DNA from: Bugula neritina
Lineage: Eukaryota > Animalia > Bryozoa
Assembly (NCBI GenBank): GCA_964035545.1
Contig: OZ037766.1
Span: forward strand, 32,354,773-32,418,772
Length of the DNA: 64,000 nt
Reading direction: 5' to 3'
Shown piece after piece: positions 37,101 through 47,965 of the stretch. The notes under the pieces are model-generated. The model had not been told where the DNA came from. It did not search any database and saw nothing but the letters and a program-made list of their open reading frames with translations. The translations under genes were made by a program, and so were the position numbers. Numbering within the stretch: the first letter of the stretch is position 1; each line of letters begins with the position of its first letter.

Positions 37101-40100
37101 CATCAAACAACCCACTTTGTTTTCTGTCATGTAAATTAAGTGAAATCATTCTTTTGGTGCATCCTTCTCTCTACTGAACATACAGAATGGTGCTCCTGTT
37201 ACCATGGTAACAAATGACAACAAGTAGATATACATATTGCTTTTTACCCTGAGAAGGCTTGCATTTGTGTAGAATAGTTAATATTTTCAGCACTCATTCA
37301 TGAATTTATTCAAGGATTAACCCTGAAGATCCTAAACTGGTTGTATCTGAAACATATCTTCAGATTATCTAATCTCCTTTTCTAGGGTAAATCTCCTTTG
37401 TGTTTGCTCTTATTTTAGACATCACAACAATCTAAGGTATTTGTCATTTCTAGTGATGCTGCTTTAGTTACTATTTGCACATTCTGGCATTTCATACTGT
37501 GAATGCAGCATTTACTTAGATTTTGACAGAAACAGCTGTTGATTACACTTGTGTGAAGGGAGGGAATCTGCAGACATTCTGGGTGTTTCATTCTCACGTA
37601 AATTTCCCAATTAGATTTATGATTAATTTATGCTCTTGTTCCAAATGAATTACATTTAACAAGTTGTAGTCTTCGCTTGGTTTTATTCCTTTCTCTGATG
37701 ACACATCACATGGTGCTACAAGGTCCTGCTGCCGCTCTGTCTGCTGCCTGTGCATGTCACTGAGTCTGTTCAACTTTGCTCATTCTCTTCCTACATGATT
37801 GTACTATTATATAGATCTGCACGTTCTACACAATATTCTAAGCACCATTATACTATCCAACATCTTACAGATTTGTGCTAAAAGCTTAGAAATCCAAACT
37901 AATTGAAAATCAATTATTTTAAAATGTATTCAACTTTCTGTTGCTGAAGATAGAAGTTTTTATGTTCCGAAGGTTTGGAAATGGTGTTGGCTTCAGAATA
38001 CTAAGAAGAAACTTTATTTGATTGACTCGAGTAGCAACTGGCACGAGGAGATTGATTTGCGTAAAGTACTCAAGTTGACTCTGGGTAGGTTTACCTGCAA
38101 CTACACTTGGTCTAACTCTAGGTATACTTGGTCTAACTCTAGATATACTTGGTCTAACTCTAGATATACTTGGTCTAACTCTAGGTATACTTGGTCTAAC
38201 TCTAGGTATACTTGGTCTAACTCTAGGTATACTTGGTCTAACTCTAGGTATACTTGGTCTAACTCTAGGTATACTTGGTCTAACTCTAGGTATACTTGGT
38301 CTAACTTTCTTCAAGGTAAGGGCTTCAACAAACTTTGCGAAAGTGAAAGTCTTGACTAAATAAACATTTTATTCCAAGTGTTGAAAGACTAAAGTCTAAT
38401 TGTAATGCACTTTGCTTCAACTTGATGGTGGCACTTATATCAACTTGGAGCAAAGTAGTCATGATAACCTGTAATGTGGGTTGAATAGTGTATCCACACA
38501 TAGCAGAGTGTATCTAGTGTTCCCGCATGTGCATCTCTATGTATGTATATACATTACTATGGTTTGTTGAAGTGTTTCCTGACGAGACGACCAGCGCAGG
38601 TATGGGGGAAGAGGGAGGCCCCCTGCTCGTCCTATGTCTGTCTGACCACTACGTCTATATTCAGAGTGATTTGAAACACGAAACTGATAGATGGCACAAA
38701 GTACTGGAGGCTGCTTGCATGGTGAGACAACTTCTACCTGTATACTACCATGTAACCTTCTACCTGTATACTACCATGTAACCTTTTACTTGTATACTAC
38801 CACCATGTATCTTTCTACCTGTATACCACCACTATGTACTGCTCCACTCATTTGCTACTATTCTATTACAGGAAGTGTCTCATAATCTGGAAGATCAGCA
38901 GCTGAACAAAGACAATGTACCTGTTCTGGTAGAGAAATGCGTGGAGTTTATTTCTTTACATGGTAAATGTTAACTTGTAAATCACTGTAGTATTTATAGT
39001 ACTGACACTAACACACTATTCTACTGCTACATTATGTTCTTTTCATTTAAATGATGCAAATATGTTTCCAGAATTGTTGTTAATATAAAATTTTAATTTG
39101 CGAACCACTCATATCGGCGCTATAATAACTTATAATTTAATTCATATTACTTCGTTGTGTAATTTAGTATATTATTTTAAAAATGTAACAACCATGTGTT
39201 AATACACATTTATGTTGTGACCCAGTTGCAGGTATGAATAGTTGTGACACTCTATTGCAGGTGTCACTAGTTATGACACTCTGTTGCAGGTATCACTAGT
39301 TATGACACTGTATAACAGGTGTGACTAGTTATGACACTTTATAACAGGTGTCACTAGTTATGACACTCTGTTGCAGGTGTCACTAGTTATGACACTATAT
39401 AACAGGTGTGACTAGTTATGACACTGTATAACAGGTATGACTAGTTATGACACTCTGTTGCAGGTATGACTAGTCATGACACTCTGTTGCAGGTATGACT
39501 AGTTATGACACTCTATTGCAGGTATGACATCTGAAGGGATATACAGGCTCAGTGGCACTCATTCTAAAGTGACAGGACTCCTCAATGATTTTATCAATGG
39601 TAAATATTTCCAAAGTTATCCTCATCTGTTGTACTCATCTGTTATACTCATCTGTTATACTCATCTGTTGTACTCATCTGTTATACTCATCTGTTATACT
39701 CATCTGTTATACTCATCTGTTATATTCATCTGTTATACTCATCTGTTATACTCATCTGTTATATTCATCTGTTATATTCATCTGTTATACTCATCTGTTA
39801 TACTCATCTGTTATACTCATCTGTTATACTCATCTGTTATACTTATCTGTTATACTCATCTGTTATTTGCTGTGTCATGTCCTTGTCATATCCTTGCAGG
39901 TGCTCGCTCAGTGCACATAAAGCAGGAAGACTACACTGTGCACGATGTAGCCAATGTTCTTAAGCGATATCTCAGGAATCTGAAGGAGCCCGTCATGAGC
40001 TCCCTTCTCTATGGCCAGTGGTTAAGTGCTGCAAGTATGTATCTATTTCTGTACTTCATCTCTGCATGTTTCTGCCTTTCCTTGCATTGTGTCCTCTCTC

Positions 40101-43100
40101 TCTCTCTCTCACTCTGTTCACACTTCTCTTATGCATGGTGTTGTCACATGATGTTGTCACATGATGTCATCACATGATGTCGTCACATGATGTCGTCACA
40201 TGATGTCGTCACATAATGTTGTCACATGATGTCGTCACATAATGTTGTCACATGATCTATACATACTTTGTCTTATATAATTTATGAAACTCTTGACTCA
40301 TTCTGTGATAGAATACAATATATAGTTATGATATACAGTGGCAGGTATTACTGTACATTGTACCGTGTACTAGAGTTGATAGCAACACATACTAGCTGTG
40401 AAGGTTCGTCCACGTTAAGACGTTGCAATAAGCAGTTGTTGCAGGTCATCACTGCTGTCGTCTTTAACCAGATTCATAAATATTTTGATAAAATCGGCAA
40501 TTTTCAAAATCCATGTACTCCAATTGGCTGGTCAGAATCTATACTCCAATACACCATTTTCTCTGCACGCACTGTGAATATGATTTAACTAGTTTTGTGC
40601 AAAACGACAGCCGTGTTTTGCCTTGGAAATGTCCCAACGTGGACAGACTTTAATACTAGTACATGTGCACTATAGAGGTGAATTCCCAGTGGATGGTTAC
40701 TGTAACTAGAATACTATTAACTATGGAAACACATCAGTTAGACGGCAAAAATATAATCTTTTCACATCTCTTGTAAGTCCTAAATCGATAATCATAGCAT
40801 ATTTTATGTATATGACACATGCCCACCCTTGTTCTGCTCTGTTAGTAATATTCTAGTGTTTGCTATTTGTATTGATGTCTATTTTATTAGTGCTGACTCC
40901 GTCCAACACGACAGCTCCCATTGGTAAGTGCTGCCCCAACTCACCCGCCTTTTCTTCCGAGTTTTCGTCTCTTATATTACTGACCGCCTCTTGTGTTCTT
41001 TCCTGCACACTAGTTATGGCTTGCAGTAGATGTTCTGTACTGTCTTACCTTCTTCTTGCACCGTGAAAGATCTCTTGAACCTTCTATTAACTCCAACCCA
41101 GATCTTTCTTCAAACATTATGAGACGTGATTCAACCGGAAATTATTCACCTACTAATAATTTATATGTAGAATTATAGCAATGGCTTGTGATTAACACTC
41201 ACTGCGTATAGATAGCTTACTTTGGCTATTAATAGTACACTATTTCTATTAATAGTACACTTCTGACTAAAAATAGCACACTTGGTATATAATTTCAATT
41301 GCAACACTAAATATGTATAGGTGTAACTATAAAGAGTATGGTGCTTATAATATTTGTTTTGAAGTACAAACCGATCACGATAGAAAGTTGAACCGATACA
41401 AAGAGCTGCTAGAAAGTCTTCCTGACGTTAACTTTGCAACTCTGAAAATGATCATCGGACACCTGCTCAGGTATATCACTGTCACATCTGCTCAGGGTTG
41501 TGTGTTTCACTGTAGAGTTGTGTGTTTCACTGTAGAGTTGTGTGTTTCACTGTAGAGTTGTGTGTTTCACTGTAGAGTTGTGTGTTTCACTGTAGAGTTG
41601 TGTGTTTCACTGTAGAGTTGTGTGTTTCACTGTAGAGTTGTGTGTTTCACTGTAGAGTTGTGTGTTTCACTGTAGAGTTGTGTGTTTCACTGTAGAGTTG
41701 TGTGTTTCACTGTAGAGTTGTGTGTTTCACTGTAGAGTGGCGGCCAATCATGGTCAGAATAAGATGTCGCAGCTTAACCTGGCTACCTTGTTTGGGCCTG
41801 TGTTGTTGTCGGGCAGCTCCACGGAGAACCCAACTCAGAACTCATTTGTGAACACCAACTACGAGATACAGCTGGCTGATGACATCATGACTTACTACCA
41901 GTGGCTCTTCTCTGTAAGTGTAGGGGTTGTGTAAGTGGTGGGAGGGGGGTTGTGTTCGTCGTGGGAGGGGTCCTGTAAGGGGTGGGAGGGGTTATGTTAG
42001 TAGTGGGAGGGTTGTATAAGTAGTGGGAGGGGTTATGTAAGTGGTGGGAGGGGTTCTGTTAGTAGTGGGAGGGGTTCTGTTAGTAGTGGGAGGGGTTCTG
42101 TTAGTAGTGGGAGGGGTTCTGTTAGTAGTGGGAGGGGTTCTGTTAGTAGTGGGAGGGGTTCTGTTAGTAGTGGGAGGGGTTCTGTTAGTAGTGGGAGGGG
42201 TTCTGTTAGTAGTGGGAGGGGTTCTGTTAGTAGTGGGAGGGGTTCTGTTAGTAGTGGAAGGGGTTCTGTTAGTAGTGGAAGGGGTTCTGTTAGTAGTGGT
42301 GGCAGGGGTTCTGTAAGGGGGCGGTTCCGGTCATGAACTCTTTCAAGAAATCTGCTAGCTGAGTTCATCACTGTCTTATTTTCCTTGGCCTTAGTTTTAG
42401 TAACTCAATTTTTCCATTTAGATGTTGGTTAATTTTTGCTTCAAGTTCTCTAATAGTCGGCTAGCGAATGTTGATAAAGAAATTATTATTATAGAGATCA
42501 TTGGCTAATGAGTCATTTTACTTCCTTAACCTCTGCTGTTAGTCACATGACCTCTGGTAGTAGTCACATGACCTCTGGTAGTAGTCACACGGTCTGTGGT
42601 TTTGTGTGTACTGAAATACCCAGCGAAGAGTTACAGATGCCGAGGTGTTGGTCATGTGATCATGTCTTGTAGATTGAAGAAGAGGAACTGGAAAAAGAAA
42701 ACAAAATCCAGGCTAAAATAGAAGAGATCAAAAGCCTGGCACCCCAGACAGCTGCACCGTGTGAAGAGTTCATATTAGGGATATACGTGTTCAACAATAT
42801 GGGGGAGCCTATCAATGCAAAGGTCTGTTTTATTTTCACTAGTTTGTGTGAAGGTGGTATAAATCTAAAAATAGACAGACAAATATAATTATAGTATTGC
42901 GTATCAGGTTTCTTGTATCTTTTCATGGTAATATTTAGGCTATTTAGTAATGTAACTTCAGAGGTCTATGAGATAATTTTGTCTTTCTAAAGGTCTCGGC
43001 GCAGAAGACGGCCTCTGAGATTGTTGCAGACGTGGCGAGTGCCCAGCGAATCCCTCGAGCCGATGGATATTCTCTGTTTGAAATTGTCTGCTCAGGGGAA

Positions 43101-46100
43101 TTGGAGCGTCCCCTGAGTGAGAGAGAAAAGGTGCTTACTATACGTTCTCTGAGTTTCATATATTGTTTATACATGCGTGTGTGTTACTATAGTTGTGTGA
43201 AGTAGATATCGCAGAATAATATAGTAACTATCGTCACTATAATACTCTAGTAGATGTCTTATAAAATCATATAAGCAATTAGGTTTTCTTTTTAAATCAT
43301 TTCCAGATTTTGTGCTGTAATAGTCTTTGAGCACACTAATTTTTGTGGCGGCAGCAGTTACTACGGTTACGTCAGTTACTATGGTTACAGCAGTTACTTT
43401 CTGTTGCATATAGGTTTTGTCAACTACGCTAGCTCAAACAAGCTGGAGTGTGGAACATACGAAGGGAAATTATCTTTGTGTAAAAGAAGACGCACTCAGA
43501 CACTGTATAGAGCATACGGTAACGTAGTACAATATACGGCATAGTGCAGCGTAGTACAATATACGATATAGTGTTACGTAGTACAATATAAGGATTATTG
43601 CACAAATAATTTGGTCAGGTATTACATTGTAATGTATATCACAATATATTATATTACATATATCACAATATATTATATTACATATATCACAATATATTAT
43701 ATTACATGTATCACAATATATTATATTACATATATCACAATATATTATATTACATATATCACAATATATATTACATATATCACAATATATTATATTACAT
43801 ATATCACAATATATTATATTACATATATCACAATATATTATATTACATGTATCACAATATATTATATTACATATATCACAATATATTATATTACATATAT
43901 CACAATATATATTACATATATCACAATATATTATATTACATATATCACAATATATTATATTACATGTATCACAATATATTATATTACATATATCACAATA
44001 TATTATATTACATATATCACAATGTATATTACATATATCACAATATATTATATTACATATATCACAATGTATTATATTACATATATCACAATATATTATA
44101 TTACATATATCACAATATATATTACAGTCAGGTCCAGATATATCTCGGTTCACTGAGCTACAATTTAGTGACAAAAGAAGTTGGAAGAAAATGTACTTTG
44201 AGTTAAGCTCGTCACAACTCATATGTTATAAAGACAGAAACAATAACAAGGTCTACGAGTGGAACATCACCGATATCTCCATATACATTGGTGTGGAGAA
44301 GAAGCGCAAACCTCCCACTCTGTACGTCCAACACCATTTCCTGTTGTACTGTCTTTAAAACCATTCAGACTGTTTGACATATTTCCGTGTAGTAAGTTAT
44401 ATGTTCCAGTGTTCCAACACATGTCTTCTATATTCTAGTTATGGCATCACATTCCTGTCGTCTACTGATGATAAGTCAAAGTACAAGGATTCCCCGTTCT
44501 TTGGAAAGAGCATCTGCTTTGCAACAGACGAGGATATGTTTACATGGCTCTCCTCTATTTACTACACCCAGGTTTGCTCTCTCTCTCTCCTCTATTTACT
44601 ACACCCAGGTTTGCTCTCTCTCTCTCCTCTATTTACTACACCCAGGTTTGCTCTCTCTCTCTCCTCTATTTACTACACCCAGGTTTGCTCTCTCTCTCTC
44701 CTCTATTTACTACACCCAGGTTTGCTCTCTCTCCTCTATTTGCTACACCCAGGTTTGCTCTCTCTCCTCTATTTGCTACACCCAGGTTTGCTCTCTCTCC
44801 TCTATTTACTACACCCAGGTTTGCTCTCTCTCTCTCCTCTATTTACTACACCCAGGTTTGCTCTCTCTCCTCTATTTACTACACCCAGGTTTGCTCTCTC
44901 TCCTCTATTTACTACACCCAGGTTTGCTCTCTCTCTCTCCTCTATTTACTACACCCAGGTTTGCTCTCTCTCTCTCCTCTATTTACTACACCCAGGTTTG
45001 CTCTCTCTCCTCTATTTGCTACACCCAGGTTTGCTCTCTCTCCTCTATTTACTACACCCAGGTTTGCTCTCTCTCTCTCCTCTATTTACTACACCCAGGT
45101 TTGCTCTCTCTCCTCTATTTACTACACCCAGGTTTGCTCTCTCTCCTCTATTTGCTACACCCAGGTTTGCTCTCTCTCTCCTCCTTTACTCGAGATTCAA
45201 CACTCTCTATTTATTCTAGTCTAATATCTACTTGTCTAATATTATCTACTTGTCTAATATTATCTACTTGTCTAATATTATCTACTTGTCTAATATTATC
45301 TACTTGTCTAATAATATCTACATGTCTAATATTATCTACTTGTCTAATATCTACTTGTCTAATAATATCTACTTGTCTAATATCTACTTGTCTAATATTA
45401 TCTACTTGTCTAATACCTACTTGTCTAATATCTACTTGTCTAATATCTACTTGTCTAATATTATCTACTTGTCTAATAATATCTACATGTCTAATATTAT
45501 CTACTTGTCTAATATTATCTACTTGTCTAATAATATCTACATGTCTAATATTATCTACTTGTCTAATATCTACTTGTCTAATAATATCTACTTGTCTAAT
45601 ATCTACTTGTCTAATATTATCTACTTGTCTAATATCTACTTGTCTAATATTATCTACATGTCTAATATTATCTACTTGTCTAATATCTACTTGTCTAATA
45701 TTATCTACTTGTCTAATACCTACTTGTCTAATAATATCTACTTGTCTAATATCTACTTGTCTAATATTATCTACTTGTCTAATATCTACTTGTCTAATAT
45801 CTACTTGTCTAATATTATCTACTTGTCTAATAATATCTACATGTCTAATAATATCTACTTGTCTAATATTATCTACTTGTCTAATATTATCTACTTGTCT
45901 AATATTATCTACTTGTCTATTGAACTGTTGATTCTATTCTCACATCACGTTTCTCTAGTAAAACTAAACCTACTTTGCTGATTGTTTAGGAATGTTTCAT
46001 GGCTGGGAATTTGGTAATTATGAGACTTCAACTATTTGCTAATTATAAGCTTGTTTCAGTTGCACTTATTCACTGATTTAGTATTTGATTGTTTTATTCA

Positions 46101-47965
46101 GCTTTCTGTCAACAAATTGAGTATTTTCTCTTTACTTAATCATCTAATAAGACACTTGACAGTTCTAACACATGGCAGGTTGATGAGTGAAAGTAATTTC
46201 TCTTCTTCCATCGTTTGATCAACTACCTTGTCACTCCACTACTCAGTCACTTACTTAACTACCTAATTACTCCTAACTACTTTTATCACTCTTAACTACT
46301 CACTCTCCTTCAGCTTATCACTTACACAAGTTTATTCACTTTTTACTGAGTAAAATAAACTCATCCGCACTAAACAATGCGCTCTTGTGTAAAGATCGCT
46401 CTGTCTACTCACACCTGTACAGTATATAGTATATAGTACAGTATACTGTATACAGTATATAGTATATAGTATACAGTATATAGTATATAGTGTAGTTATA
46501 ATACAGTATATAGTATAGTTATAGTACAGTATATAGTATAGTTATAGTACAGTATATAGTATAGTTATAGTATACAGTATATAGTATATAGTATAGTATA
46601 CAGTGCATAGTACAGTCTATAGTACAGTATATAGTATACAGTATATAATACAGTATATAGTACAGTATATAGTATACAGTATATAGTATACAGTATATAG
46701 TACAGTATACAGTATATAGTACAGTATATAGTATATATATAGTACAGTTATAGTATAGTTATAGTATAGTTATAGTATAGTTATAGTATAGTCTTGTAAC
46801 TAATTACAGAGTCACGACAGAACACCCCCACAGACGTTACTTCCTTCCTCACAGATCGCCATGTCTTCCAGCGCATCCGAACGGGTAAGTTCTTATTCCT
46901 CCACTTTTGGTTTCTGTTTTCAAATGAGTTCTACAGAAATATCTCAGTTTCTTCCAGTTAAAACTTTTTATTAAGGGCACATCGAGAATGGCGAAGCTTG
47001 TTAAGTTTGTTCGCCCTCGTTCAGGGGCGTATAAACTCTGTAAGTGTTTGAGTAGTGTACAGTGCACCCTAATGTACTTTAGATGCATTTACATCTGTGT
47101 AGCTTTAGAGTTAGTGCACAACACCCTGTGTGGTCTTGGAGTGGTATTAGTGTAAACACTACCTACATGTGTGGTGTTAGTGTAAACACTACCTACATGT
47201 GTGGTATTAGTGTGAACACTACCTACATGTGTGGTCTTGTAGTAAGTGCACTGTAGTATTATATACTGTAGGGTCCCATAGCACTGTTCAAGGTAAACCC
47301 TTCAACTCTATGTTTGTTCCTCAGCAACTTTTTATTAATTTATTTCTGTTCGTTTTTTACTTCTTCAGTCTCTCCTGAATTCCTTATTGCTTCCCCTTGC
47401 ATTTTCATCTCGCAAATTGTGTATACATTTATACCTAATCATATTCTACTGTTTATTGCATGGGTGAATGGGGCCTACTTGATGTTTTATGCATGACTGT
47501 AAATTGTGAAACATAATTTGTTTAAACTTTGCTATGAAAAATCCGCTCAGTTTTAATCTGAATTCCAATTTAACATTTTGTGAAGGCGAGCACTTAACTG
47601 GAATGAGATAACTCCCATTTAAGTTGAGGCACCTCTGTGTTATAGTTTCACTTAGTAATAAACGAGTGTAGACACTCCACGTCGATGTTTATAATGTTTT
47701 ATAAAGTTATATTTGTGAGTGAATATTTACTGCAATCTATTAGTGTGATTTTTTATTTACTCAGAATTACTGGAGATAAAGTACAGTAGTTTGATGGATT
47801 AATAGATTAGAAACTGTTAGCTCTCTCGTTTATCTGTGCTGGGCAGACAACCCCTAGTCTGCTCCTTGTTTATGGAATCTGTAACTTTTGTAGAAAGGGT
47901 CCGGTTCCAAACTGCGGTTGCCGTCTTCTATCAGGAAGCCCTTCAAGAGCTTCAAGCATGTTTAG
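16111..47965 (+). CDS. ARAP: ARAP-family protein (long disordered N-terminus, PH, PH, ArfGAP, ankyrin, PH, PH, RhoGAP, RA, PH). Predicted exons: 16111-16187, 17523-17833, 19612-20463, 22069-22224, 22524-22721, 24670-24698, 25469-25711, 27345-27525, 30743-30843, 31189-31347, 31585-31690, 31998-32197, 32331-32437, 32864-32948, 33492-33686, 33800-33888, 34159-34264, 34897-34999, 35247-35347, 35668-35749, 36032-36161, 36552-36657, 36894-36980, 37973-38084, 38573-38721, 38872-38962, 39522-39599, 39900-40034, 41365-41470, 41736-41913, 42673-42822, 42993-43130, 43414-43518, 44128-44321, 44439-44571, 46810-46884, 47272-47292, 47894-47965 (~1846 aa)
   Basis: PH (RQGYLYKQGG..WRKRYVTFDG), ArfGAP zinc finger (CADCSCSKPHWAVLHLTSVVCSHCAGVHR), ankyrin-like (TPLQLAESYNHSNIAQYLKLNGA), RhoGAP (VPVLVEKCVEFI..EGIYRLSG..DVANVLKRYLRNL..NKMSQLNLATLFGP), RA (YSLFEIVCSGELERPL) and a final PH. 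Phases are consistent across all junctions. The N-terminal and last three exons are less certain. Confidence 0.9.
17860..18190. repeat. 33-39-bp tandem repeat, ~9 units, just inside ARAP intron 2
   Basis: Unit approximately CTACAGTAGTGTT(GTT)AGTCAATGTGATAGTAATAA. Confidence 0.88.
19970..20055 (+). repeat. Coding 18-bp repeat, ~5 units, encoding (VVLPDN)n in ARAP exon 3
   Basis: GTCGTGTTACCTGACAAT units within the exon ORF. Confidence 0.85.
20461..21575 (+). repeat. 43-bp tandem repeat, 26 units with a 129-bp higher-order period, spanning the ARAP exon 3 5' splice site
   Basis: Unit A(A/G)A|GTAAGATACTATATAGTATATATTACTATATAGTATGCTA. First start 20461, last start 21536. Confidence 0.95.
21786..22060. 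repeat. 68-bp tandem repeat, 4 units, abutting the ARAP exon 4 acceptor
   Basis: TGTAGCTGTAG recurs at 21821, 21889, 21957 and 22025. Confidence 0.9.
22927..23226. repeat. (GTGA)n tetranucleotide microsatellite
   Basis: About 300 bp of GTGA/GCGA units. Confidence 0.95.
25382..25470 (+). repeat. 21-bp repeat of the ARAP exon 7 3' splice site, 5 AGs
   Basis: TAG ends at 25384, 25405, 25426, 25447 and 25468. Unit approximately AATAACCTCTGCTATTTATAG. Confidence 0.85.
25748..26408. repeat. 15-bp pyrimidine-rich tandem repeat, ~44 units, ARAP intron 7
   Basis: Unit TCACCTTATTCCTC(T). Confidence 0.92.
27865..28155. mobile_element. Putative MITE/foldback element with ~58-bp terminal inverted repeats
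   Basis: Left arm TGGTTCATTTTATTTATTTTAGTACACACTGGAAATCTCCAGTTTTTAGCTATTTTTCA (27865-27923) matches the reverse complement of 28097-28155 with ~5 mismatches. The spacer is non-coding and no clear TSD was found. Confidence 0.6.
30059..30225. repeat. 32-bp tandem repeat, ~5 units
   Basis: Unit ACTCACTACTCACAGTCACTGCTGTACTCTCT. Confidence 0.8.
30876..31135. repeat. Pentamer-based AT-rich repeat in ARAP intron 9
   Basis: Unit approximately ATGTAGTGTAGTATACTGTAATACA. Confidence 0.85.
32917..33440 (+). repeat. 42-bp tandem repeat, 12 units plus a partial, spanning the ARAP exon 14 5' splice site
   Basis: Unit AGTATTGCTGCAGCTCTATCAGATGATAAT|GTGAGTATATAT (30 nt exon + 12 nt intron). Donors run from 32949 to 33411 every 42 bp. 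Confidence 0.95.
34275..34720. repeat. 31-bp tandem repeat, ~14 units, beginning 10 nt after the ARAP exon 17 donor
   Basis: Unit TTTGGGACATAGTTTACTTCGCTGTGTAATA. Confidence 0.9.
36163..36302. repeat. ~21-25-bp repeat starting at the ARAP exon 21 donor
   Basis: TTAGTTTAAGT(A/G)C..TTCTCAAGAC units; the first overlaps GTTAGT. Confidence 0.75.
38103..38307 (+). repeat. 21-bp tandem repeat, 10 units, carrying CTAAC..TAG|GT, ARAP intron 24
   Basis: Unit TATACTTGGTCTAACTCTAGG. Confidence 0.92.
39212..39528 (+). repeat. 29-bp tandem repeat, 11 units, spanning the ARAP exon 27 3' splice site
   Basis: Unit TAGTTATGACACTCTGTTGCAG|GTATGAC. AGs end at 39231 through 39521 every 29 bp. Confidence 0.93.
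39614..39866. repeat. 13-bp tandem repeat filling ARAP intron 27
   Basis: Unit ACTCATCTGTTAT. Confidence 0.9.
40138..40255. repeat. 13-bp tandem repeat
   Basis: Unit GATGTCGTCACAT. Confidence 0.8.
41497..41738 (+). repeat. Perfect 20-bp tandem repeat, 12 units, spanning the ARAP exon 30 3' splice site
   Basis: Unit TGTGTGTTTCACTGTAG|AGT. AGs end at 41515 through 41735. Confidence 0.96.
41914..42320 (+). repeat. G-rich 21-bp tandem repeat starting at the ARAP exon 30 donor
   Basis: Unit GTGGGAGGGGTTCTGTTAGTA. Confidence 0.9.
43621..44126. repeat. 19/24-bp AT-rich repeat ending at the ARAP exon 34 acceptor
   Basis: Unit ATATATCACAATATATTATATTAC. The last copy ends ATTACA+G. Confidence 0.9.
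44548..45185 (+). repeat. 33/37-bp tandem repeat, 18 units, spanning the ARAP exon 35 5' splice site
   Basis: Unit CTCTCCTCTATTTACTACACCCAG|GTTTG(CT)n. Donors run from 44572 to 45165. Confidence 0.95.
45215..45920. repeat. 15/18-bp tandem repeat
   Basis: Unit TCTACTTGTCTAATA(TTA). Confidence 0.92.
46417..46791. repeat. AT-rich AGTATA(T/C) degenerate repeat upstream of ARAP exon 36
   Basis: Direct inspection. Confidence 0.85.
47127..47240. repeat. 30-bp tandem repeat, 3+ units, before the 21-nt microexon
   Basis: Unit GTGGTATTAGTGTAAACACTACCTACATGT. Confidence 0.8.

Noticed and set aside
43593-43618. Possible microexon and GTCAGGT direct repeats flanking the 43621-44126 array
   Set aside because: A 26-nt exon would break the frame. 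The 7-bp match alone is too weak to call a TSD.
43470-44222. Cys-rich (CDICNIIY)n ORF resembling zinc fingers or metallothionein
   Set aside because: It is the antisense reading of a 24-bp AT-rich intronic repeat.
44374-45981. Long ORFs (281, 496, 226, 249 aa) of periodic peptides
   Set aside because: They are translations of intronic tandem repeats. Only 44439-44571 is exonic.
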